Source: a virus
DNA length: 64,000 nucleotides
Direction: 5' to 3' (one strand)
IMG/VR virus record: IMGVR_UViG_3300020048_000058
Each line of letters opens with the position of its first letter. Position 1 is the first letter of the stretch. The notes under the pieces are model-generated. The model was not told where the DNA came from, did no database searches, and was given only the letters and a program-made list of their open reading frames with translations. Position numbers and translations under genes: made by a program. Of the stretch, positions 36,048 to 45,395 are shown piece by piece.

Positions 36048-36681
36048 AGTTTGCCGAGCTTGGGTAAAAGAATCAGGAGGCGAGTTGTACACCCCTCCTG
36101 ATTTGGTGCTACCTTCTTTCATCAAGGTTGACGAAGAAAAAATCGAATTAAAATTAGCTGGTCATCCATTAGTTGCGGCATTGTGCAGAAAAAAACGATG
36201 GGCAATTACTCCCGAATTTCCAGACTTTACGCTCTTAGAGGCGAGGCTATCGGGGAATAGTGGGCAATTATCCCTCTCTGGTAATGCTTCAAAATACGAT
36301 ATTAAAATCCCTAAGCCAGATAGCGAGGCGATCGCTTATTACTTCCCAAACGCCGATAATAAATCGCCTCTAACAGTAGAATTAGTGGACAGGATTACGG
36401 GTCAATCTCAAATCGTGGTTGAAGAAGGTGGGAAAATCTATGCTTCTCCTAATCTTTCTGGGCAAACTGTAAAAATTAGGACGCAGGTGATTTACCGTGA
36501 AGCGACACAAGAGCTACAGGAACCCATAGAAAAGTTAGATGCTCATCTTGTCTTCAAAGAAGGGGAATCCTTAGATCGAAGATGGCGATATTTGGAGTTA
36601 AAACAATGTGAATTCGAGCCATTGTTTGGCAATAGAATCAAGTTAGTTAATTGGCAGGGTAGTCGGGAGGAGTGGCTTTAA
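36040..36681 (+). CDS. hypothetical protein (start taken at the MGKVCRAW ATG)
   Basis: The tracked ORF 35905..36681 overlaps the upstream gene by 143 nt. The in-frame ATG at 36040 overlaps only the upstream stop. Confidence 0.5.
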   Translation: MGKVCRAWVKESGGELYTPPDLVLPSFIKVDEEKIELKLAGHPLVAALCRKKRWAITPEFPDFTLLEARLSGNSGQLSLSGNASKYDIKIPKPDSEAIAYYFPNADNKSPLTVELVDRITGQSQIVVEEGGKIYASPNLSGQTVKIRTQVIYREATQELQEPIEKLDAHLVFKEGESLDRRWRYLELKQCEFEPLFGNRIKLVNWQGSREEWL

Positions 36682-37331
36682 TGTTACACTTCCGATTAAA
36701 TTATCAGACTGGGGATTTCGTCTTGGTTTTCCCTGTGCCTATTAGAGAGTCTAGGAAACTATCTGCATATCTTTTAGACTTACGAAAGTCCATTGCAGGG
36801 CTTCATATTTACCCAGAGGAAATGGATGATTACCTTTTCCCTCGGTTTCGTTATCATTATTTAAAAATAGCCCATTTTTTTGAGTTTGATCCTGACCAAT
36901 TAACTCAAGAATCACGCCATCATTTTTTTATAGCAACGGAGCCAATCACCTATCGTGGGCAGCTAATCCCAGGTTTAAGTTTACTAGAACAATTATTAGG
37001 TTATAAATATCCCGAAGAGGGAACAGACCCCAAGGTATTTCCCCAGGAACCCATTACAACGGGAGATTTAGCACTTGATATTATCGCGGATGCTATCTTA
37101 ATATTTAAAGTGGGAGGACTTGAGAATCATTACTCTTTAGACGATCTGGCAAAGCTGTGTAAACAAGCAAATGATAGACTGAAACAGGCGGAGGAGTTGG
37201 CAAAAGGGGAAACAACGGGTGGGGATGAGAACTTGGAAAACGAACCACTAGAGGATGATTTTGTTAAGGATAGGTCTAGGTTGTATCACTGGTTAATTAA
37301 TTTAGGGGTAACTGTTCCTATGGAGTTTTAG
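36681..37331 (+). CDS. hypothetical protein in the small-terminase position
   Basis: 216 aa counted from the ATG that overlaps the upstream TAA. It lies directly upstream of the large terminase. The function is guessed from position only. Confidence 0.4.
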   Translation: MLHFRLNYQTGDFVLVFPVPIRESRKLSAYLLDLRKSIAGLHIYPEEMDDYLFPRFRYHYLKIAHFFEFDPDQLTQESRHHFFIATEPITYRGQLIPGLSLLEQLLGYKYPEEGTDPKVFPQEPITTGDLALDIIADAILIFKVGGLENHYSLDDLAKLCKQANDRLKQAEELAKGETTGGDENLENEPLEDDFVKDRSRLYHWLINLGVTVPMEF

Positions 37332-37416
37332 GTACGGAGTTTTAAAATGGAAAGAATTGTTATATATCGTGAAACCAGACCATCTCCAAAGGGACGTATA
37401 AAAATTAAAATCACAA

Positions 37417-39045
37417 TTGGTTACACAGGGAGGATGGGTGACAAAACAAAGACAACATAGTGGCTATCCTTCGATCTTGGATAAGTTAGGATTTGTGGGG
37501 CAAAGTATTGCAAACTGGAACCCCTGGGAACCCAAGAGTGAACCGCAAAAAATGGCTCTGTCTTCTCCTGCTGACATTATCGGGTTTGGAGGGAGTGCAG
37601 GTGGGGGGAAAACCGCAATTATTCAGATTATGGCGGTGACACAACACCGGAAATCAATTGTTTTCCGACGAGAGTATCCTCGATTGCTGGATATTATCGA
37701 AAAATCACGACTACTGTTGCGGGGTAGTGGGGCTACTTACAACAGTAACGAAAAGCTATGGAGGAAGATACCAGGAAGGAGAACTCTAAAGTTTGGCGCG
37801 GCACAGTATGAAAGTGATATTGAAAATTGGCGAGGGATTGAGCACGATCTCAAGGCAATAGACGAGGTGACAGAATTCTCCCTTGAGCAATTTCTCTTTT
37901 TAACGGGTTGGTGCAGAAGTCCAGATCCCCATCAGAAATGTAGGGTAATCTTTACTTTTAACCCACCTAGCCAGGTAAGTGGGCGATGGATTATTGGGTA
38001 TCTTGCTCCCTGGCTTGATCCAAAATACGAATCTCAAACAGGGAGACACTTTGCCGAACCAGGTGAGTTACGTTGGTTCGTGGGGGTGAATGGGAAAGAC
38101 CAAGAAGTAGATGTTGATAGCTTTTATCTCACGATTGGCAAGGAAAACCACGAGGTTTCTTCTCTTGATCCTGTAAAGGTTGAAGGAAAACTCTATTATC
38201 CCAAACCCAAGAAGATCAGAATCGGAGATGAAGACTTAGAACCTCGTTCCCGCACATTTATTCGCGCGACACTAGACGATAATCCCTTCCTGAGAGATTC
38301 AGGGTATAGAGGGGTACTACAATCTCTCCCTGAACCTTTGCGATCGCAACTTCTCTATGGTGATATGACTATCGAGCCAGAGTCAGACCCCTATCAAGTT
38401 ATTCCTGGGGATTGGGTCACTTTGGCAATGCAGCGATGGGTTGACTATCCTCAAGTCTTAAAAATGTCCCATATTGGCGTGGATGTGGCACGGGGTGGGA
38501 TAGATAAGACGGTATTGGCTTTACGATGGGATAACTGGCTAGATAAACTCAGGGAATTTGATGGAAGCCAGACCCCAGACAGCAATATTGTCGCGCAGCA
38601 AATTGCCTCCTGTATGGCAAATACAGGGATAAAGGTACAAATTGACGTGATTGGGGTGGGTGCTGCGGTTCACGATACCTGCCGGGGGATGAAAATGCAC
38701 GTTATTCCCTTGAAAGGAAGTGAAGCCGCGAAGGATGGAAACGGCGAGTATTTAAAGGACAAAAGTGGGCTCTTAACCTTTGCCAATATGCGGACTTATT
38801 GGTATTGGAATCTGCGAGACTTATTAGATCCCAAAAATCAAATCCCGATCTCCTTACCTCCCGACGATCAATTAAAAGAAGAACTCTGTGCCTTCCGGTG
38901 GTGGGAAAGCGGGAAAACAATCATGATTACCAAAAAAGATGATATTAAAAGCATTATCGGGCGATCGCCTAACTTAGCCGATGCGGTATGCTATGCGTTC
39001 GCCAAAACTTACCGAGAAGGATTAGCCGATTGGATGAAAAAATAG
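37417..39045 (+). CDS. terL: terminase large subunit
   Basis: Walker A is GFGGSAGGGKTA and Walker B-like is LKAIDEVTEF. The C-terminal RNase-H-like nuclease part has IGVDVARGGIDKTVLAL. The start codon is uncertain: TTG at 37417 as tracked, with the next in-frame Met about 44 codons later. Confidence 0.85.
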   Translation: MVTQGGWVTKQRQHSGYPSILDKLGFVGQSIANWNPWEPKSEPQKMALSSPADIIGFGGSAGGGKTAIIQIMAVTQHRKSIVFRREYPRLLDIIEKSRLLLRGSGATYNSNEKLWRKIPGRRTLKFGAAQYESDIENWRGIEHDLKAIDEVTEFSLEQFLFLTGWCRSPDPHQKCRVIFTFNPPSQVSGRWIIGYLAPWLDPKYESQTGRHFAEPGELRWFVGVNGKDQEVDVDSFYLTIGKENHEVSSLDPVKVEGKLYYPKPKKIRIGDEDLEPRSRTFIRATLDDNPFLRDSGYRGVLQSLPEPLRSQLLYGDMTIEPESDPYQVIPGDWVTLAMQRWVDYPQVLKMSHIGVDVARGGIDKTVLALRWDNWLDKLREFDGSQTPDSNIVAQQIASCMANTGIKVQIDVIGVGAAVHDTCRGMKMHVIPLKGSEAAKDGNGEYLKDKSGLLTFANMRTYWYWNLRDLLDPKNQIPISLPPDDQLKEELCAFRWWESGKTIMITKKDDIKSIIGRSPNLADAVCYAFAKTYREGLADWMKK

Positions 39046-39047
39046 GT

Positions 39048-39464
39048 TCATAACCCAATAAAACAGTCAATTTGAAACGTGGAGATTGCTACCCAAAGCC
39101 GAGAAGAAGTCTGTTGCACCGTTGTAGCGTTAACTTCCCCTTTTAGCTGTACCTTTGCAGTTGAAAGCTCTAGCGCTCTAACAACCTCCTCGTTAATGGA
39201 GAATATCCCGTGTCTGGCATAGATAGCCTCGGTTGCCTTTTCGATCTCCGCATTTAAACGGGAGCTACAACCCATCGAAATCATCACGTTCCCCGTGAGA
39301 GATCCTAGATCGGATGTGTACCAATCTATCGCACCCGTCCGTTCCCCTACCATTAAGTCCCGCCCAAAGTCGAGGTCTTTTAAATAGAATGCTTTAAGAA
39401 ATGCTTGTTCAACTTGAGGGACAAACAATTCTATGGTCTGTTTTAATTCTTGGCGATAATTCAT
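39048..39464 (-). CDS. hypothetical protein, lone minus-strand gene inside the plus-strand block
   Basis: 138-aa ORF that fills the gap between terL and the next gene. Confidence 0.5.
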   Translation of the reverse strand: MNYRQELKQTIELFVPQVEQAFLKAFYLKDLDFGRDLMVGERTGAIDWYTSDLGSLTGNVMISMGCSSRLNAEIEKATEAIYARHGIFSINEEVVRALELSTAKVQLKGEVNATTVQQTSSRLWVAISTFQIDCFIGL

Positions 39465-39494
39465 GCAATAATATTGTTATTAGTCTTTAATTTT

Positions 39495-40214
39495 ATGTTC
39501 ACCCTCTCTAATTCTAACCTACCTGAAACAATCCTGAGTCCATTCAATCTATTGGCTCCTATTTTGTCTGCACAAGGAAGTCAGGTATTAGCTCCTTTGT
39601 TTCAAACTAAAACATTTCATAAATATCCTGGCGTTAACCCTTCCCCAATAGAGCTAACAACCCCTGATGCCATCTTTACCCTCTATAAAATAGACCTGCC
39701 TTTTTTAGCCGTTTTGCGAGTCGGGATAAACAATTTCATTCAAACTACTAACCCAGATAGATTGACTGGGCAGAGATTCTATTTAGAGAATACCACCGTC
39801 TATTTTGCGACCAATACCGTCCCCGATAGTATTAATTTAACCGTAGAATTTAACGCGCCTATCCCCAGGGTAATGTGTGAGTTGATAGTATCTGTTCCCT
39901 TGGGAATGATTGTATCTCAAGTTTTAAATAGAGGTGTCCCTCTTAGTTTTGGACAAGTAGGAGAGCGAATTGTGATCGATTGCTCTGATTCCTGCTGCCG
40001 GATTAGAGGAGGGGAAACTTTAGAGATGACAGGGCAATATACCGCACCCCAGAAGTTAATTGGTCAACTCAATGTCTTTGATATTGGGGAGGACTTAGGG
40101 TTTATCGACTATGTAGAATGGAGAGGTAGACGGTTCGTTGAACCGCAGGGGGAATTTGCTCCTGGTCAGTTTTTCTGGGATGATGCCATTCAATCTTTGA
40201 AACTAATCACTTGA
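39495..40214 (+). CDS. hypothetical structural protein
   Basis: The in-frame ATG (MFTLSNSN) at 39495 avoids overlap with the divergent gene. 239 aa. Confidence 0.5.
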   Translation: MFTLSNSNLPETILSPFNLLAPILSAQGSQVLAPLFQTKTFHKYPGVNPSPIELTTPDAIFTLYKIDLPFLAVLRVGINNFIQTTNPDRLTGQRFYLENTTVYFATNTVPDSINLTVEFNAPIPRVMCELIVSVPLGMIVSQVLNRGVPLSFGQVGERIVIDCSDSCCRIRGGETLEMTGQYTAPQKLIGQLNVFDIGEDLGFIDYVEWRGRRFVEPQGEFAPGQFFWDDAIQSLKLIT

Positions 40215-40218
40215 TACC

Positions 40219-42573
40219 ATGCCTATTGTTTCCCGTCGATTGTTTAAAAATAACATTGTCAAAAACCCTCCTAGCCTTCCAGTTCCGATAAAACTGGGAT
40301 CATTAACTGTTACAAAGAGTTTCCAAGATCATCCCAGTGCCTCAATTACCTATGAAGGGATTTTAGAAGAGGATATTAGCAGTTACGAACAGGTTTATGA
40401 ACCTTCTAGGAGTACAAGAATCAGTATAGACGGGATTCCATTTAGAGTCGCTCCCGATGGAGGCTATAGCTATGAAAGAACTGGATATTTATATAAAGGA
40501 ACCAAAAAAATAAATGTTTATACTGTCTCAATCAACCTAGAAGGATGGTGGAAGGTTTATTGTTCACGGTCGGTGAAAATTAAGCCTTTGGTTAATATGG
40601 CTACAGGGACATTATCAGCGAGTCGGTTGGCATCCAAAGCGGGTGTCAATCTGTCTGGCGGGTTTGACATCTTCCTTGATGAAGTTGGTGAAGACTCCAT
40701 GATGTCTCTGGATGATGTATTGGAGGAATATGCCTTAGTAGAGGGCTGTTACGTCCATTATGGGCAGTTTGTTGCGTTAAAAAACATCAATTCCGGCTCC
40801 TCTTATAGTTTTAGTTGGGAAGAACAACTATCGGACGGTTCTAACCAGCTAGGAGTTGCACCCTATTACAATGGAGCCGCGCTAACCTGGACTCCAAGGG
40901 AAAGCAACAAAGAGCAAGTTGACCCGAATGCACCCCCCGAATTCAAGGAAAAAGAACCCGAATTTAAAACTGAATATGAATATGACCAAGACGTAACAAA
41001 CCCACCAAGAGGAACAGCTATTTTAAGGAGTTTAGACAGCAACTTAGACCAATCTGGCCCTAAGAAAGTTAGGAGGACAACCTACTCAATTGACGGACAA
41101 ACAGACAGAGAAGTGATTGAAACATGGGGATTTGCTTATTACTTAAAAGATTTTCAAGAGACTCCAGATGGTTTTATGATATTAAGGCCTTGGCTATATT
41201 GGACATTAATCGAATTTCAGGAAACTCGTTATTATTATCAGGAGGTGGTTTCACCGATTTACACACTTGCTAAACCTCAAAACACACAAGAAATAAAGTA
41301 TGAATTAGTTGTGCATCCAGATTATGAAGATTATGTAGAAAGTGTGGGGTTTGATGGGATTAAGTTTAAGGCTTCAAAGGCTAAATATTTAACAAGTATT
41401 GTCACGTCTGGATGGAAATTAAGCCGATTTCAACAAGAAGAAATAGGAGGAGACACCGATACAAGTCAGATGGATGTAGATGATAATGGGAATATAATAG
41501 ATCCTTGGTGGAAAGTAGTTAAATTTCAAAAAATAAACAGGCAAGATGTAACCAACTTTTATCTAAAATCAATGCGCGCAGATTACGAACAGGATGCAGT
41601 TCCCTATAGCATTGAGTGGGTTTTTTGGGATGAAATGGACGAGCAGATGCAGCGAATGATGTTCTCAAAAGTTACACCCCCAAGAGAGGGTTCTAATCAA
41701 AGGTTGAAAGTGGGCTTAATTACTGCCGACATGGATTTTGTAGAGCCAATGCTGGCGTGGACAGAATCTAGGCAAGCGTCTTCGATTGCAACAATGGCTC
41801 ACCCTGACTCAACCGACGAAGATCCCCTCCCCGCTTTGGTAACGGGAGAAGAAAGCTATTATCAATCAATTTGGACTAAAAAGAACGACGAATATTCAAC
41901 CGAGAAAATAGTGGAGTTAACCGCATCGGGAGCCGGGTTTGTGGATGGGGTTGAGAATATTCGATATCGAGAGATTCAGGGTAGGCCACCAGAAGCTCAA
42001 TACAGGAAAACAACATGGGAGCAACAACAACCAAAAGCCACAACAACACTTACAATAACAAAGAGCACCGTAAAACGATATTTTGTCTACTCTGATTCAA
42101 TCCCTAAATGGGCATCAGAAGGGGGAGAAAGTCTAAGTTTTGGGGCTGCCTCTACACTTAGTCAAGCAGAAAAAGCAGCTAAAACTCAACTTACAATTAA
42201 CACCCTTCAAAGTACCCAAGAAACCCGGACAGTTAGCTGGCACTTCCCGAACATTGAGGGGGGAGATTTTTGCACTTTCAGTGGGGATAGATTTCGGGGG
42301 AGATTTAGGGTGTTGTCGGCTTCTTATACCCTGGAATATGACGGAAGCCAAAATGCCTATGGACTAGATCCAATCTGCAAAACGGACGGAACAAAGTTGA
42401 CACTGGGATTGTGGGACAGTCGCTCTATTCGTGTTGAGACAAGAAAAGATATTGTTCCGTCTAACGAAGGTTCAGATAACAACCAAGGAGAAGATCCAAA
42501 AGTAGACAATAATGCCACTATAATTACTTTAGGAGGGGTTTTGCCCTCAACTGTCCCCGGTCGGAGAAATTAA
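40219..42573 (+). CDS. large structural protein (784 aa), tail/baseplate or nozzle candidate
   Basis: Long ORF upstream of the fibre-like genes. No motif was recognised. Confidence 0.6.
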   Translation: MPIVSRRLFKNNIVKNPPSLPVPIKLGSLTVTKSFQDHPSASITYEGILEEDISSYEQVYEPSRSTRISIDGIPFRVAPDGGYSYERTGYLYKGTKKINVYTVSINLEGWWKVYCSRSVKIKPLVNMATGTLSASRLASKAGVNLSGGFDIFLDEVGEDSMMSLDDVLEEYALVEGCYVHYGQFVALKNINSGSSYSFSWEEQLSDGSNQLGVAPYYNGAALTWTPRESNKEQVDPNAPPEFKEKEPEFKTEYEYDQDVTNPPRGTAILRSLDSNLDQSGPKKVRRTTYSIDGQTDREVIETWGFAYYLKDFQETPDGFMILRPWLYWTLIEFQETRYYYQEVVSPIYTLAKPQNTQEIKYELVVHPDYEDYVESVGFDGIKFKASKAKYLTSIVTSGWKLSRFQQEEIGGDTDTSQMDVDDNGNIIDPWWKVVKFQKINRQDVTNFYLKSMRADYEQDAVPYSIEWVFWDEMDEQMQRMMFSKVTPPREGSNQRLKVGLITADMDFVEPMLAWTESRQASSIATMAHPDSTDEDPLPALVTGEESYYQSIWTKKNDEYSTEKIVELTASGAGFVDGVENIRYREIQGRPPEAQYRKTTWEQQQPKATTTLTITKSTVKRYFVYSDSIPKWASEGGESLSFGAASTLSQAEKAAKTQLTINTLQSTQETRTVSWHFPNIEGGDFCTFSGDRFRGRFRVLSASYTLEYDGSQNAYGLDPICKTDGTKLTLGLWDSRSIRVETRKDIVPSNEGSDNNQGEDPKVDNNATIITLGGVLPSTVPGRRN

Positions 42574-42575
42574 GA

Positions 42576-42749
42576 ATGTCATCCCCAAAAGAAAGAGAAT
42601 TAGCAGCTAAACTTTTAAGGATATTAAGCAATGGACAGCCAACTTGGAATATTTCAGGAAGTTCCATTACGGGCAGATATAGAGGGAAAACAGTAAGAGC
42701 AACAAACCAAACCAGAACGTTAAGGGAGTCAGTAGCATGGCGACGGTAA
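42576..42749 (+). CDS. small unlisted ORF (57 aa)
   Basis: The ATG at 42576 lies 2 nt after the stop of the 784-aa gene. Translation: MSSPKERELAAKLLRILSNGQPTWNISGSS…WRR stop at 42747-42749. It is below the size cutoff of the ORF track. Confidence 0.35.
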   Translation: MSSPKERELAAKLLRILSNGQPTWNISGSSITGRYRGKTVRATNQTRTLRESVAWRR

Positions 42750-42943
42750 ATCAAATCGCATCTCAGACTTTAAGTAGATTAAATGGTCGTAACAAATCAG
42801 TGTTAATTGGCAAGGCTTACCCCCTAGGGAATAGTGGATCTGTATTCTCTGGGATGGGTAAAAGTTTTGTAGCCAAAGGGGTGGTTACTGGTAAGGCGAT
42901 CGCCTTTAAGCACAATGGTAAATGGCAAGTTGTACAAGGTTAA
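42737..42943 (+). CDS. small hypothetical protein (68 aa)
   Basis: ORF ending …KWQVVQG stop. Its last 12 nt (GTACAAGGTTAA) seed the downstream 16-bp tandem repeat. Confidence 0.45.
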   Translation: MATVNQIASQTLSRLNGRNKSVLIGKAYPLGNSGSVFSGMGKSFVAKGVVTGKAIAFKHNGKWQVVQG

Positions 42944-43103
42944 ATGAGTACAAGGTTAAATGAGTACAAGGTTAAATGAGTACAAGGTTGAATGAGTACA
43001 AGGTTGAATGAGTACAAGGTTAAATGAGTACAAGGTTAAATGAGTACAAGGTTAAATGAGTACAAGGTTGAATGAGTACAAGGTTGAATGAGTACAAGGT
43101 TAA
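42944..43103 (+). repeat. 16-bp tandem repeat x10 (ATGAGTACAAGGTT[A/G]A) immediately upstream of the fibre-like gene
   Basis: Ten exact units start at 42944 and every 16 bp thereafter. The only variable base gives the pattern A A G G A A A G G A, so there is an 80-bp higher-order period. Each unit has AAGG, 5 nt, then ATG. The real start at 43107 follows the last unit. Confidence 0.95.
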
Positions 43104-43106
43104 AAT

Positions 43107-44834
43107 ATGCTGACTTACGCTGGTATTCCCTCTCAAATTCCTGCTCCGGTTGTCTCGGTAATTTCGGGAAGCCTAACGGGTTCGGTAGCAGGATCTCTAT
43201 ATTGGCAGATGCGGAACCGCCAAGGATTTAACCTGTATTCCCCACCAACCGCCATTAGTTTAACAACAGGTCAAGGGTTGACTGTAATTGTGCCTGACTG
43301 TAATTGTGATGGGTATGATCCGGTCTCCTATGTGTTGTCATTCTCCCCGACAAATACCTATTTTGCTGCTTACGTGATCGCTACTTACTCGGCTTCAGAC
43401 ACTTTACCTGGAACGTTAACAATTAACAAAAATGAATATTTTGTCACTCAAAGAAGTGTGGCAAATACATCCCAAATCCCTGCCAACAAAATCAATGGGA
43501 TGCGGGTTTACGTTGACGAATGGGGAGAAATCAGGGAATGGCAAGACGGTCAATGGTTAAAAGTTTATCCCCAGGAATTCCAAACCTTAATTACATCGAC
43601 TCGCTCAGTAAACGGCTGTGATAGGTTGCTTTCTGATTTCACGGATGAGCAAAAAGAAATTATTATCCGTCCCGATTATGCGGTTGACAGAAGTTACTCG
43701 GAACCCGTCAAGTTTTGGCTCAGGAATGAAACGACATCTCCCTATTTTGCAGGGAGATCCATATCAGTAGGGATATCGTGGGGAGATACGGACTTAACTG
43801 ATCTGTTTTTTGGTGCGGGTGCGGTCAATTTGACATTTTTAGGATACGTTAACTTAACTAATGGATCTCTGGACACCTCCGCGTCAGGCGGTGGGGAGAT
43901 GACGGGAATTAATCAAAGAATTACTTATACCAACAACAATTCGGGATTGATCTTGGAGAAAGATTTGCCACCAGGATATGCCTATCTAGTTGCTGTCGAG
44001 ATTCAGGTTGACGTGGCAAGTTTAGGGGGGAGAGTAGCTGAGAATGCCCAGATAGAGGTCAGCTTGTCAATTGGGGAACGGGTTGGCTACTATTCGGGTG
44101 TAGCTGCAATCATTGGCAATTTAATTAGTGCGGGGTTGGATCTACGTCGAATTGTCCCTGATACGGGTTTAAGCGCGATCGCCTTATCGGGATCGGGAAT
44201 TGTCAATGGGCGATCATTTATTGGAGTAGGAGAGCGTGGGGTCTTTGGTTTAGTTGCCAACGCTGCCAATCAAATCGTTGCTATTAACGGGAATGGGACT
44301 TGTTTCGCAGTTTCGGAGTTAGGATCGGGTCAAGTATTGAGGGCTAAAGTCGGGACATTAAATGGTTGTGGAAAAGCAATTGTGGCAGGGAGTGTAACGT
44401 TAAGCCCTTCAACACAATTACAGGTTGAACTAACGCATCCCGCAAATATCAGATCCGACTATCTTGATGTCATTGCAGGAAATTCAAAAGGGAATTTCAA
44501 TGCAACAGATATATGGATCTGGATAGGGGGAAATAAGTTTAGCACTCCAGTGCAGTTAGGCGAAGCAACTCAAACTATTGTCTTAACTGGATCAGGAGGA
44601 GAGGCAACTACTGTTCCTAATTCGGAACTGGGATTGTACAGCCCTGTAATTAACTCTGTAGCTGCCGTCAGTGGGGCTTCAGGCTTCGCTAGTGGGAGTT
44701 ATTTGGTCACAGTCGCATATTACTACACAAACACTGTGACAGCCATTTCTCACCAAGGGATTTTAGAGATGGATTCTGATATTTTGAGTTTTATTGAAAA
44801 CTCGGCTAAAAAATATGCCTTAGTCTTAGGATAA
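43107..44834 (+). CDS. tail fibre/spike-like structural protein (575 aa)
   Basis: Large Gly/Ser/Thr/Asn-rich ORF in the distal structural block. Assignment is by composition and position. Confidence 0.5.
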   Translation: MLTYAGIPSQIPAPVVSVISGSLTGSVAGSLYWQMRNRQGFNLYSPPTAISLTTGQGLTVIVPDCNCDGYDPVSYVLSFSPTNTYFAAYVIATYSASDTLPGTLTINKNEYFVTQRSVANTSQIPANKINGMRVYVDEWGEIREWQDGQWLKVYPQEFQTLITSTRSVNGCDRLLSDFTDEQKEIIIRPDYAVDRSYSEPVKFWLRNETTSPYFAGRSISVGISWGDTDLTDLFFGAGAVNLTFLGYVNLTNGSLDTSASGGGEMTGINQRITYTNNNSGLILEKDLPPGYAYLVAVEIQVDVASLGGRVAENAQIEVSLSIGERVGYYSGVAAIIGNLISAGLDLRRIVPDTGLSAIALSGSGIVNGRSFIGVGERGVFGLVANAANQIVAINGNGTCFAVSELGSGQVLRAKVGTLNGCGKAIVAGSVTLSPSTQLQVELTHPANIRSDYLDVIAGNSKGNFNATDIWIWIGGNKFSTPVQLGEATQTIVLTGSGGEATTVPNSELGLYSPVINSVAAVSGASGFASGSYLVTVAYYYTNTVTAISHQGILEMDSDILSFIENSAKKYALVLG

Positions 44835-44938
44835 TTTTAAAAAATATGCTTTAGTCCTGGGGTGAATTTTCTTAAATTAAAAATGCAATCAATAAAAGAG
44901 GGGTTAAAATTAATTATAAATCCTTCTGTTTTTAAAAG

Positions 44939-45394
44939 ATGCCTGATATTAGTACACAGCAAACGGAGGCGGCTGCTTTAATTAAAGAGCAAATAGAGGC
45001 CCTGGAGAACCCGGCACAGACACTTCCCTACTGGGAGATTTATCGTGCTATCTCAAACGACGGGGGATCTGCGGATGTTTCCACACTTGCCAAAGAAGCA
45101 ACACTTGGTGCGATCAACGCAAAACTTCCATCTTTATCAAGTGGTAGAGTCCCAGTCTCTTTACCAACAATAACAGCCGAGTTAGATTGTAGATTGCTAA
45201 CAACAAATACAACAATTGCAACTGGTAGTTATTTCATTTATTTAAAGGTACTCGTAGGGGATGTAACTATTAATGGATTAACATTTTCATCCGGTGAAAA
45301 TCTAAACTTTGAAGCCATTAATAATGTTCTATACCCCGCCATTGAGTTAGTAATTTCTAATGGTAAATCAGTCCGATTAGTGAGAGGATATTAA
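44939..45394 (+). CDS. hypothetical protein between the two fibre-like genes (151 aa)
   Basis: ORF with a good intergenic gap. A chaperone or adaptor role is possible by position. Confidence 0.5.
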   Translation: MPDISTQQTEAAALIKEQIEALENPAQTLPYWEIYRAISNDGGSADVSTLAKEATLGAINAKLPSLSSGRVPVSLPTITAELDCRLLTTNTTIATGSYFIYLKVLVGDVTINGLTFSSGENLNFEAINNVLYPAIELVISNGKSVRLVRGY

Positions 45395-45395
45395 C

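Noticed and set aside
37347-37460. 37-codon ORF (MERIVIYRETRPSPKGRIKIKITIGYTGRMGDKTKTT) upstream of and overlapping the terminase start
   Set aside because: It is too short and unsupported. I noted it only because it makes the true terL start uncertain (TTG at 37417 versus later codons).
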